Origin: a virus
IMG/VR virus record: IMGVR_UViG_3300012359_000028
Coordinates: 1 to 64,000 of that record
Length of the DNA: 64,000 nt
Direction: 5' to 3' (one strand)
The translations under genes were made by a program, and so were the position numbers. The notes below the pieces were generated by a model. It saw only the letters and a program-made list of their open reading frames with translations. It was not told where the DNA came from and searched no databases. How positions within the stretch are numbered: the first letter of the stretch is position 1; every line of letters begins with the position of its first letter. Below are positions 39,431 through 47,596 of this stretch, piece after piece.

Positions 39431-39841
39431 TCAGTCATTTTCAGGTCGTGCTAATTCACCGTATACTACAGTTGGCTCCGATTGTCCATCAAAAACTTCT
39501 TCTTTGATACTCCACCTTCCGCCTCGTGCTGGATTCGCAGCAATCCATCGGGCAGCACTAGGCCGAGTCCTGCGAACAATTCCAGTCGATGTCGGAGGTC
39601 CGAAATCGTTTTCAAAATTCGGTTCATACATAATGCGGTACTGCTTTTTCTTCAGTGGCTCCGGCTTCTTGACTACGAATCCATTCGAAGCTGCCATCGC
39701 ATCGAGGAACAGATTCAATTCATCGCCGTCTGCCTGAAATGTTACAACACGCCCAATATCCGTTGGGGTAGGTTCGCCAATATACCACTGTCGCCAACGA
39801 ATTTTCCCAAGAGGTGTCGCCCTCATTTGAATTGCAAGCAT
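39431..39841 (-). CDS. hypothetical protein
   Basis: GGAGG RBS. Confidence 0.6.
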   Translation of the reverse strand: MLAIQMRATPLGKIRWRQWYIGEPTPTDIGRVVTFQADGDELNLFLDAMAASNGFVVKKPEPLKKKQYRIMYEPNFENDFGPPTSTGIVRRTRPSAARWIAANPARGGRWSIKEEVFDGQSEPTVVYGELARPEND

Positions 39842-39937
39842 TAGTATCCTCCGCGATTCTTCAATCTTTCTTAAGAGGCTTGCTTATGGCAAGCAACAAA
39901 ATCAATAGCGCGAACACACCAATTCCGATAAGAGTTC

Positions 39938-40834
39938 TCATTGTGGCAATTCGAACCCGAGTCCGACGCGCTCAGACCATTCACGTCGCTCGTCGGTTCT
40001 TGAAATCCATTTCACATAGCGCTGATGCACGTCTTTTGCCGCATGGCCTGCCCAAAAGTAATCCAGTTCAGTCGGAGTGCTCTTCACCGCAACCTGAGTC
40101 AGTCTAAAACGCCGGAAAGCATGGAAGCCGGTGCTCGGGATGAGCCTGTCGAGACGTTTACGCGCCGCCCCCTCCCGACTGGTAATCAGAAAACCGTTTG
40201 CTGGAATCACTTTGAGCAGAAATTCATTCAATGACGGGCACAAATCGACGATCCTGCGCCCGGCTGCCGTCTTTACAGGCCCCAGGTCGCCCGCTTCATG
40301 CCGTTGAACATCAACCGTGATCGTCCGATTGGACGGGTTCCAGTAGTTACCGGGGCCGTTTGGAAGAGTATGTACCGCTAAAGCCTCACCGATGCGGAGC
40401 CCGGAGCCCGCTAGCAAGCCCCAGAGTAGCCTATCATCGGGAGACCCCTCTAGAAACGCCTCCTGTAGCGTTTTATCGGCTATCACAGGGGTGTTTTGAT
40501 CGGCCGGAGACAGTTTGGGAAGGTCCAGGAACGACTTATTCCAGGTCCGAGGGTAGATTTGATTGCCATTTTGGTCTACGGCGGAGGCTATAACCCCCTT
40601 AAAAACGTTGAAGATACCCTTGACCGTGCTGGCGGCCAGTTTGTCGCTGATCGGACTAAAAAACACTTTGGCAGCGGCATTATCAAGGTCTAACAACGCC
40701 CTGGAGCCCATTTGGGGTAGCAAATGAGCGTCCAGATAGGACTGATAGGCGTCCAGGGTGCCGGAACGCCGAGGTTTGCGGTTCATTCTGAGCCCGCGCA
40801 TGTACTCTATCGATTGATCAGCGAATGTTGTCAT
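39938..40834 (-). CDS. int: tyrosine recombinase / integrase
   Basis: GLRIGEALA (R), VKT (K), HAFRR (HxxR), AGH, HQRY (Y); N-terminal SAM-like core-binding region. Confidence 0.85.
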   Translation of the reverse strand: MTTFADQSIEYMRGLRMNRKPRRSGTLDAYQSYLDAHLLPQMGSRALLDLDNAAAKVFFSPISDKLAASTVKGIFNVFKGVIASAVDQNGNQIYPRTWNKSFLDLPKLSPADQNTPVIADKTLQEAFLEGSPDDRLLWGLLAGSGLRIGEALAVHTLPNGPGNYWNPSNRTITVDVQRHEAGDLGPVKTAAGRRIVDLCPSLNEFLLKVIPANGFLITSREGAARKRLDRLIPSTGFHAFRRFRLTQVAVKSTPTELDYFWAGHAAKDVHQRYVKWISRTDERREWSERVGLGFELPQ

Positions 40835-40840
40835 GCCCCA

Positions 40841-40869
40841 ATCCTACCGAAAATGAAATGTCCTGTCAA
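40841..40869 (-). promoter_or_regulatory. sigma70-type promoter giving a leaderless integrase mRNA
   Basis: TTGACA-N17-TAGGAT-N6-ATG, no SD. Confidence 0.7.
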
Positions 40870-40958
40870 GTCCTATTTTCGGGAATTATCCACTTGAGTC
40901 CCTCGATTTCGGCCCTTTCAACCTCAATGCCTATCATATACCGTTGAATTGAATAACT

Positions 40959-41393
40959 TTATTCTTCAAATTCCGAAAGATATTCTCCGACTTCTTTGAT
41001 AGTTTCTCTCAAAACTTTCATTTCTTTAGGACACATCTTAACCCAACCGGACCAATCTTCTTCTACCCTCTCGATAGCAGTTCTTATGCTTTCTAGACGA
41101 GTGGTAAGGGCACCAATTATATCGGCGTTAGTTTTTGCCCGGACCGGGCGGGCAGGCTTTAGCCCCTCCGCTTCAAGATGAGCCTGAATCCAGCGATAGG
41201 CATTCTGCCTCGGGATATTCAGGTCGCCCCAAATTTTAGTTATCGGAACGTGAACTTCTCGAAGTTTTTCTTGCCAGTCGTAGCATTTTCGACCGAAGTC
41301 TAGACACCGTTTTTCAGACTTCTGACAATCATCCCATGCTACTTGCAAATCCTTTTTTGCCGCCGCTACAACTTGTTCCGCATCCTTACTCAT
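40959..41393 (-). CDS. passenger gene, HTH-like protein
   Basis: GGAGG RBS and ATGA coupling at 41393; ITKIWGDLNIPRQNAYRWI resembles an HTH. Confidence 0.6.
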   Translation of the reverse strand: MSKDAEQVVAAAKKDLQVAWDDCQKSEKRCLDFGRKCYDWQEKLREVHVPITKIWGDLNIPRQNAYRWIQAHLEAEGLKPARPVRAKTNADIIGALTTRLESIRTAIERVEEDWSGWVKMCPKEMKVLRETIKEVGEYLSEFEE

Positions 41394-42610
41394 GCGGCCT
41401 CCTTGCCCACAAATTCGTGACTGTAACAAATTCTTTTACTATCCCCATGATAATCACTAAAGAGTGCTTTATGACCCTCTTCTTTAGCGGCTTTGTCTCT
41501 CTTTGTCTTATCACTTATATCCAGTCGCTCTTTACGATATTTGCAGGTGGGTATCCACCCCGAGTTTTTCTTGTCTCTGTAACCCCCGAAGCGAACATGT
41601 GCTGTTTTTGAAAAATATCTTTTTCCCTGGTCAAGATAGAATTGGGCGATAGTGTCCGAAATTCTTGGTCCGATTCCTAACCCCTGAAAGTCAGGTAATA
41701 CTACAGTGCGGTGTTCTCGATATGCCTTGCGTTCGTCCGACCCCCTTTGGAATTTGAAGTTCTTACATTTACACCCTTTACTGACCGGCGTTTTCCCACA
41801 GTCCTTATCTACATGCCCGTGTCCGCAATCCGCACAATTCCGTCCACCTATCGGTTGTGCTATACTAGAAACGAAACCGACTATTGTTTCCGCCTGTTCC
41901 CCAAACTGAGCAGTTGCCAAATAGGAATGGCACGACTGATTCAGATCGGGAGTCAAATAGTGATGACTCGCAAACATGGGCCAGATACTACGTTGGCACG
42001 GATAGAGTCGGAGTTTGATTTTTGGCCGCCGAAGTGACCTCCCATCGTGCAAAATTCCTGTCACCGTATCAAAATACCAGTCGGGACGCAACCATTCTAA
42101 AATATCATAGTGGCAGGAAGCGAAAACCAACCCATGAAAATTCTGATTATCGACATAACGACGTACGGCAACCGACGCAGCCTTTGCTACGTTCCTATCA
42201 ATCACCGATGTATATTCGTCTATGACCGCTCCATTCTCCAGTTTACGAGCAAGGTTTGCCCGAAACTGCTCGCCGTTAGATAAAACATGAAACGGTTTGC
42301 ACCATGAGGGGACGGAGTTAAGCCCCACCGCCATTAAGCGATCTATGGCTTCAGCCGGAGTCGAAAAATGGGAGACAATCGCTTTTGTGTCGCTCCATTC
42401 TGGTTGGGCTTCCGTTCCGAATTGTCTCAGAAGCAAAGTTTTTCCGCTTCCGCTCGGGCCTAGAATCAAGCCTATTTTGAAGTCCGACGGCACTTCTGGC
42501 TTTTCCCAACCTTCAAAGACGGACTCTCCTATGAAAGCATAATCTAATGCTTTGGCAACTTCATCGGTAAACGTATCAGTCTTTACCTTAATTTTGTAGA
42601 GTGGTCTCAT
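41390..42610 (-). CDS. ABC-type ATPase fused to a GNAT acetyltransferase, with a Zn-finger insert
   Basis: Walker A GPSGSGKT, signature LSNGEQFR, Walker B VIDEY, H-loop SCHYD; GNAT motif A RTVVLPDFQGLGIG; insert CADCGH.H...C...C.C. Confidence 0.85.
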   Translation of the reverse strand: MRPLYKIKVKTDTFTDEVAKALDYAFIGESVFEGWEKPEVPSDFKIGLILGPSGSGKTLLLRQFGTEAQPEWSDTKAIVSHFSTPAEAIDRLMAVGLNSVPSWCKPFHVLSNGEQFRANLARKLENGAVIDEYTSVIDRNVAKAASVAVRRYVDNQNFHGLVFASCHYDILEWLRPDWYFDTVTGILHDGRSLRRPKIKLRLYPCQRSIWPMFASHHYLTPDLNQSCHSYLATAQFGEQAETIVGFVSSIAQPIGGRNCADCGHGHVDKDCGKTPVSKGCKCKNFKFQRGSDERKAYREHRTVVLPDFQGLGIGPRISDTIAQFYLDQGKRYFSKTAHVRFGGYRDKKNSGWIPTCKYRKERLDISDKTKRDKAAKEEGHKALFSDYHGDSKRICYSHEFVGKEAA

Positions 42611-43157
42611 ATGCTACCTCTTTTGAAAATATCCGATGAGCAAGAGCCTCTAATTCTTCTGCGGCACGAATCATACCTTCCGCCTGAGCACGATAAGCAT
42701 CTGCATCCCCGAACAAGTCACTGGCGTCGGTTGCTAGGAAGTACCCTCCGTCTAGTGATCGGACGGAACAAATTGGAATGTCTTTTTCGGCAACCAAATA
42801 TGCCTTGGCAAAGCGAAGTTGCCGACGATTCGCTTCGCTATCCTTAAACCCCATCGCTAGTAAGACATCCTTAACTAGCATTACGGACGCTTTCCCTTGT
42901 CGAAGAACAGTTGGTAATTTTTCAATATAATCTTGACGGGCAATAAATTCTTCGCCTGTTCGCTTATCTCTCCAAACAATTTGCAATGGCTTCTGCTGAG
43001 GAGCGGCTCTTTCGACGGTTTGAATTTGCTCTGTACGTATGCCTGGCCATGCGGCGAGGAATTTGATTTGAGCATCTTTTTCATCGGCACCTTCAAAGGG
43101 CCGAGTTATCGACTTTCCAAGTGTAGTGGAGTGATAGGTGATATTGAATGACCCCAT
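42588..43157 (-). CDS. passenger gene with C-terminal winged-helix-like domain
   Basis: RRQLR...L.....PICS....GGYFLA pattern. Confidence 0.6.
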   Translation of the reverse strand: MGSFNITYHSTTLGKSITRPFEGADEKDAQIKFLAAWPGIRTEQIQTVERAAPQQKPLQIVWRDKRTGEEFIARQDYIEKLPTVLRQGKASVMLVKDVLLAMGFKDSEANRRQLRFAKAYLVAEKDIPICSVRSLDGGYFLATDASDLFGDADAYRAQAEGMIRAAEELEALAHRIFSKEVAYETTLQN

Positions 43158-43687
43158 TTTCCAATAGTCTCCTTTGTAAGTTGCTCATATGTAATTCTCT
43201 TTCCTACAACAACATCCACGAAACTATCCAATCTCTCGAAAGTATGCCGCTGCACTCGGCCCGCATTGAGCCGAAATGTAAATTCATTCACATAGCGTCC
43301 GAGATGCTTCTTGCTGGCATGATGATAGACCCCATGCAATCCCCTCTTCATCACTGCCCAAACACTCTCAATTGAATTTGTGTGGACATCGCCACGAACA
43401 TATTCTCCAGTGATGTGCTTCACGGATTCGTGCTCAAACCCCTCTCGTTTCAAAGCAACGTAACTTCCAAAATCGTCGGTCATGATTCGAGAACCTGCCG
43501 CCACGTTCTTGTGAATCGCTGCTCGCAACTCCCGACCGCCCGTGCTTTGGATCACTTGAGCCACGACATTCCCGCCACGTTCCCGCAACCCGATGACGGC
43601 TGCTTTCTCTGACCGTTCTCTCGGCTTATGGATTCGGTCCCACATATGCCGACTATCCTCTCTTCCGCTCAAATAAGTCTCATCCAC
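43106..43687 (-). pseudogene. IS1595-family (ISXO2-like) DDE transposase, N-terminally truncated
   Basis: VDETY, IMTD, V.H...EYVRGDVHTNSIE..W...KR...G.YH..S.KHL.RY..EF.FR.N; begins directly after the TIR and lacks the Zn-ribbon and HTH. Confidence 0.85.
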
Positions 43688-43707
43688 GAGTCAAGTGGAT
43701 AGTTCCC

Positions 43708-44292
43708 CTATTTTCCACCCGTCGTGCCTTCCTCGATTTCTTTCGCAACAGCATCGAGATTACGGAATTGATCATCCTTATGCGCCGCTTCGGTAAAATT
43801 AATTTTTCCGTCAACATAGCCAACAAAAATCTGAATACGCGCCGCACGGATTGCAGCACGGTCAACGAAAGTAGGTGTGACTGTTTGCTTTGTACCGACG
43901 CGAATGTGCTTCGTATATTTTCTCTTCGGTGTTACAGTAATTGTAGCTCCCTTCTGTGCTTGTTCGGCAACATAGGAGCCGACTTTTTGAGATGCAAGGG
44001 ATACTGCATGCTGGCCGGGTCGAAGCACGACAGTTTCGCCGACATGATTCTCAACGTGATATTCAGTTTTTCCCGTTACTACGCCGCCGTTCCCGCTGGC
44101 GGCTCCTGCACCGGCTCCATGAACGTGCGGAAATTGTCCCGTTGTAGGGTCCAGGTCGATCACGCCGTCAGATACCGGGGTAAAGGTTACCGTTGCTGTC
44201 GGAGTTGGGGTCTCTTCTGTCTTCCCACCGTGCTTTTCAGGAAGTTCTACTCCTTGTGATGCTACTGCTGTTTCAACTTTCTTTTTACGCAT
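43708..44292 (-). CDS. hypothetical protein
   Basis: AGGAG RBS; its stop codon lies in the target-site duplication. Confidence 0.65.
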   Translation of the reverse strand: MRKKKVETAVASQGVELPEKHGGKTEETPTPTATVTFTPVSDGVIDLDPTTGQFPHVHGAGAGAASGNGGVVTGKTEYHVENHVGETVVLRPGQHAVSLASQKVGSYVAEQAQKGATITVTPKRKYTKHIRVGTKQTVTPTFVDRAAIRAARIQIFVGYVDGKINFTEAAHKDDQFRNLDAVAKEIEEGTTGGK

Positions 44293-44300
44293 GATTTCTC

Positions 44301-44531
44301 CTATTCGGATTGAGATGATTTCTTCGTTCGGGGCCGATATCCGCCGCGTTTTGATTTCGATTTGACGACGGTGACGTGCTCGACCTGCTCGATTTTCACT
44401 TCGACACCTGCTGCTTTCAACGCATCAAATTCCTTGCGGGCATTGGGATAGACAGTTCGAATACGATGGAATGTATCGGAATTATCTTGAAGCTGACTCA
44501 CTAGATTTAACAACTGTTCGAGATTCTCCAT
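44301..44531 (-). CDS. hypothetical protein
   Basis: AGGAG RBS; basic C-terminus KRGGYRP. Confidence 0.6.
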   Translation of the reverse strand: MENLEQLLNLVSQLQDNSDTFHRIRTVYPNARKEFDALKAAGVEVKIEQVEHVTVVKSKSKRGGYRPRTKKSSQSE

Positions 44532-44679
44532 TGTTTTCTCCTAACTTTGAAATTCGTCCCAAATGGGTTGAAACCAGTCCTTAAATGATATGGACTCTAT
44601 CGGATTTACGTCCTTAACGTAAGGCCAACTGAGATCACTGCAAATTTCATTTCGTCGTGAAATTTTTTCGTTCATATGT

Positions 44680-45084
44680 TCATTCATTGCTCATCTCCTG
44701 AATGTCGAATTCGCCGAATGGCAGTCGAGTCGCGCCGGGTAGTATTGTGTTCATCCAAAATGCTCCCGGCTCATTGCAAGAGTGGATTACAATAACCCGT
44801 TGGGACCGTCGCGTCGTCAGTCGGCCATTCAGGAAATCGACAACTGGTATCGAATTGATAGTCGAATTTTTCACATTTCCCGGCCCGAGATCGAAGTCCA
44901 GGAAAATAGCATCAAACATCTCTGGAACCATCACTCGTAAATGGTCAACCGCTAGATCAGGGTCTGCCTGATGGTAGACAATCTCATGCGGCATTTTTTC
45001 GAGAAACCATTTGATGCGCTCTTCATTATCCTCGACGATATAGACGCGACCGCCCTTTCGAATTTGAATAACTGGTTTCGTCAT
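44680..45084 (-). CDS. cyclic-phosphate-processing receiver-like domain protein
   Basis: IVEDN.ER...FLDFDLG...IHS.N motifs. Confidence 0.65.
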   Translation of the reverse strand: MTKPVIQIRKGGRVYIVEDNEERIKWFLEKMPHEIVYHQADPDLAVDHLRVMVPEMFDAIFLDFDLGPGNVKNSTINSIPVVDFLNGRLTTRRSQRVIVIHSCNEPGAFWMNTILPGATRLPFGEFDIQEMSNE

Positions 45085-45266
45085 TTGTTCATCTCATGTT
45101 TGGTAAGGGGTCGTACTTGTGGTTTGTACCAATAACCATCAGTTGTCTGGATGGCCGTGTCATCAATTCTCTGTATTTTTCCGTAGCGATTACGTGGCTG
45201 CAACGGACCCTTTGGCAGACAAATTACTTGCCCTACCCAAAATTTTGATCTGGATTTAGATGGCAT
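45081..45266 (-). CDS. small hypothetical protein
   Basis: Coupled ORF; F.VGQV pattern. Confidence 0.55.
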   Translation of the reverse strand: MPSKSRSKFWVGQVICLPKGPLQPRNRYGKIQRIDDTAIQTTDGYWYKPQVRPLTKHEMNK

Positions 45267-45448
45267 TAAACTAACTCCTCCATGATGCCGAGGACTTCGG
45301 CAGTGATCAGAATGCCAGCAGCTATGGGAGCAATGTATGCCAAAGCACCATATCCGACAATTCTAATCAGACTCTTTCCGAGCGATATTAAAAGATGCTT
45401 CTCGGGGTTTGGGCTCTGTTGCTTGGGCAGAGTTTCCTTTTCCGACAT
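45266..45448 (-). CDS. small membrane protein
   Basis: GGAGG RBS before MSEKE; ISLGKS.IRI.G...AE.LG..EELV. Confidence 0.6.
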   Translation of the reverse strand: MSEKETLPKQQSPNPEKHLLISLGKSLIRIVGYGALAYIAPIAAGILITAEVLGIMEELV

Positions 45449-45788
45449 TGAGTTCCTCCAATTGATTGACAAGATCACGCGCCAAAGTTCTAATTTCTGT
45501 TCCTTCAGCACCATCACGGATAAGCCGAAATGCTTTGATGGAGTCCGCAAGAATTTCGCGGAGCCTTCGATTTTCTAGAACAAACTTTTTATTCGATTCC
45601 CAAAGATTGTGTCGAGCCTTTTTGACCCACTCAACACAGTAATTGGGGTCTCTGGCAAATTCGCTCCCACCAGGAGTACAGTCATTTAGTGCTCGACGCC
45701 AACGATCACGATCCTTCTCCATGGTATGAAGATCATCCCATGCTTGTGCTAACTGCGGGTTGACGAGAGTATCTCCGGGAACGCTCAT
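45363..45788 (-). CDS. hypothetical coiled-coil protein
   Basis: GGAG RBS; TPGGSEF motif. Confidence 0.6.
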   Translation of the reverse strand: MSVPGDTLVNPQLAQAWDDLHTMEKDRDRWRRALNDCTPGGSEFARDPNYCVEWVKKARHNLWESNKKFVLENRRLREILADSIKAFRLIRDGAEGTEIRTLARDLVNQLEELNVGKGNSAQATEPKPREASFNIARKESD

Positions 45789-45931
45789 GCTTCTCCGCCG
45801 TCGTCAAAATCTTCATCAAATCCTTCAAACGGTTCCGGCTCGTAGGGAGGCGCAGATATTGCCAGAACTTTCTTTTTCGCCTCGCGAGTTTTCACCGTGG
45901 ATTTCTTCTTTGCTTTCTTTTTCGCTGCCAT
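45785..45931 (-). CDS. small protein with basic N-terminus and acidic C-terminus (48 aa, not in ORF track)
   Basis: AGGAGG RBS; MAAKKKAKKK...FDEDFDDGGEA*. Confidence 0.6.
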   Translation of the reverse strand: MAAKKKAKKKSTVKTREAKKKVLAISAPPYEPEPFEGFDEDFDDGGEA

Positions 45932-45950
45932 ATTACCTCCTAATTAGTAA

Positions 45951-46339
45951 GTGGGGCCATCTTTTGGACAGCCCCACCCGGCGACTAGGCTGCCAAAGCC
46001 GCAGGCGCGAACGTATCGAAGGACTCGAACGTCGGCACCAGGGACTTTAGAAACCCAATCACCTTAGCCAACATGGTGTTGACTTTTATGATTTGGTACA
46101 CTTTTATACGAGGTGTCCATTCTCGGCACGAGCCTCCCACCACTAATCTCATCTGTCGAAGCCGGGTCAGGCCCGCAGAAAAACTTCTCAGCGAGAAGGT
46201 ATTGGTGGACCTGGGGAGAGTCGAACTCCCGTCCAGTTGAGTAGCCATGGGATATTGACATGCGTAATCTGGAGAAGCCAGAAACTCCGGTAACACGGTT
46301 TGATACGCCTCCACCACTGGACTTTTTGAAATCATTGTA
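45951..46339 (-). ncRNA. ssrA: circularly permuted (two-piece) tmRNA
   Basis: Acceptor piece ends GAC-GGGAG-TTCGACT-CTCCC-CAGGTCC-ACCA (CCA end 46203); 28-nt intervening segment; coding piece starts GGGCCTG-ACCCGGCTTCGAC (46174); acceptor stem has G3.U; pk1 CGAG/CTCG; tag 46083-45985 ends ALAA*; 3' hairpin 45951-45977. Confidence 0.92.
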
Positions 46340-46345
46340 TTCGTG

Positions 46346-46374
46346 AATATAGCAAAAATCACTTCAGTTGTCAA
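46346..46374 (-). promoter_or_regulatory. sigma70-type promoter of the tmRNA gene
   Basis: TTGACA-N17-TATATT with TG upstream of -10. Confidence 0.75.
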
Positions 46375-46993
46375 GTAGTTCTTCAAAGAATTTTTCTTTA
46401 CCGAGACCGTCACACCAGAAACACACTGGCGGTTCCTCTGGGAAGTAGAGATTGTCGCCGCATATAGTGCATACGCCTATCGGTTTCGCCCATAATTCTT
46501 GATGGGTGAAGGATTCGTGTCGTACAAATCGTGCCAGTATGTCGCCGGGCAAACCGGCCCGCGTAATTTCTGTTTTACTCGTCCAGTAAACCGGGATTTC
46601 GCGATAGCATGTCGGCTCATACTCGGGCTCGATTTCGTCCCCTTCTTCATGTTGTGCTGCAATCTTTGAGCGCTCTTGTTCTTTCTTTTGGAGTTTCTTT
46701 TGCTCTTTGGCAAACTTTCGGAGTTCGGCGTCGCGTTCTTCGATTGCTCGTAAATGATTGTAGGCATCCAGCGCGGTTCTCGTGATCGTAATGCCCGGCG
46801 AAACTCCCGCAGGATAAGTCTTCTGAAGTTTCGTGAGCGTGGCAGCCTTCGTAGTGCGCCATATCCACGCCGGAGGTCCATCAGTAGAAAATCCCGAGGC
46901 ATCAGCAAGGTCCTTATCACTTTGCCACTGGTCGCCCTGACTAAACTGTGCTTCGAATTGTTTCTCATTTTCATTCCAGAGAATTCGCATCAA
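46364..46993 (-). CDS. hypothetical protein with C-terminal Zn ribbon
   Basis: KD....GF...W.T N-terminal motif; CTIC...CFWC. Confidence 0.65.
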   Translation of the reverse strand: MMRILWNENEKQFEAQFSQGDQWQSDKDLADASGFSTDGPPAWIWRTTKAATLTKLQKTYPAGVSPGITITRTALDAYNHLRAIEERDAELRKFAKEQKKLQKKEQERSKIAAQHEEGDEIEPEYEPTCYREIPVYWTSKTEITRAGLPGDILARFVRHESFTHQELWAKPIGVCTICGDNLYFPEEPPVCFWCDGLGKEKFFEELLDN

Positions 46994-47430
46994 AAGCCTT
47001 TGAAGCCTCCGGGTCCTGAGTCCTCACCTTTTTTAATTTCTTTTGCTTTCTCTAGATCAGCTTTCCATTGTTTGTGGGCCGCATCAAACCATTCTAAAAT
47101 TGTGCTGAAGAATGTTCCTCGTTTAGTTTGTCGCAAGGCCGAATCCATATCGTGGCAGAGCCAGCAGCAAGAACCAAGTTCCGCAATATAAAATCCACCG
47201 TTATCTTCGAGCGGATATCGACATTCAGGGTTCGCGCACAGTTTCAGGTCCAGGAATTGCAAATCAAGATTTACAAGATTTTCTTGAATGATCCGACTTT
47301 CGGTAGCGGTTAAATTCCTACCACTCTCTTGATGAAACGGAAATACAGCCGGGCGATTTTCGCAGCGATAGTCCAACTCATGCGCCCATCGGTCAAAGTC
47401 AGCTTGCTTCTCTCGCCTACTCAAAGTCAT
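46990..47430 (-). CDS. hypothetical Cys-rich protein
   Basis: GGAGG RBS; CANPEC...CC.LC. Confidence 0.6.
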   Translation of the reverse strand: MTLSRREKQADFDRWAHELDYRCENRPAVFPFHQESGRNLTATESRIIQENLVNLDLQFLDLKLCANPECRYPLEDNGGFYIAELGSCCWLCHDMDSALRQTKRGTFFSTILEWFDAAHKQWKADLEKAKEIKKGEDSGPGGFKGF

Positions 47431-47596
47431 TCTTTCCTCCGCGTCGCCACAAGAACACGACGAGCCTGTTCCTGCATCTGTTTCAGCAAATCCAGGTTCC
47501 CGGCGTAGGCATTCGCTAGACTTGCCAATTGTTCGGCGTCCGCTTTTAGAGCAGTCAATTCGGCCTTTACTCGCGTTAGTTCTATTGATTCATCGA

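Larger units (their letters stand above)
40881..43707 (-). mobile_element. IS1595-family transporter-type element with passenger genes
   Basis: TIRs GGGAATTATCCACTTGAGTC (40881-40900, +) and GGGAACTATCCACTTGACTC (43707-43688, -), 18/20 identical; exact flanking 8-bp duplication CTATTTTC (40873-40880 and 43708-43715); internal IS1595 DDE domain. Confidence 0.9.

Noticed and set aside
39945-39968. GGGTTCGAAT on the - strand as a tRNA T-loop or attP core
   Set aside because: The flanks do not form a T-stem or acceptor end; it encodes the integrase C-terminus GLGFELP.
45985-46413. 142-aa - strand ORF from the ORF track (and 46064-46261)
   Set aside because: It runs across the tmRNA promoter and structural elements; only its last 32 codons are meaningful, as the tmRNA tag.
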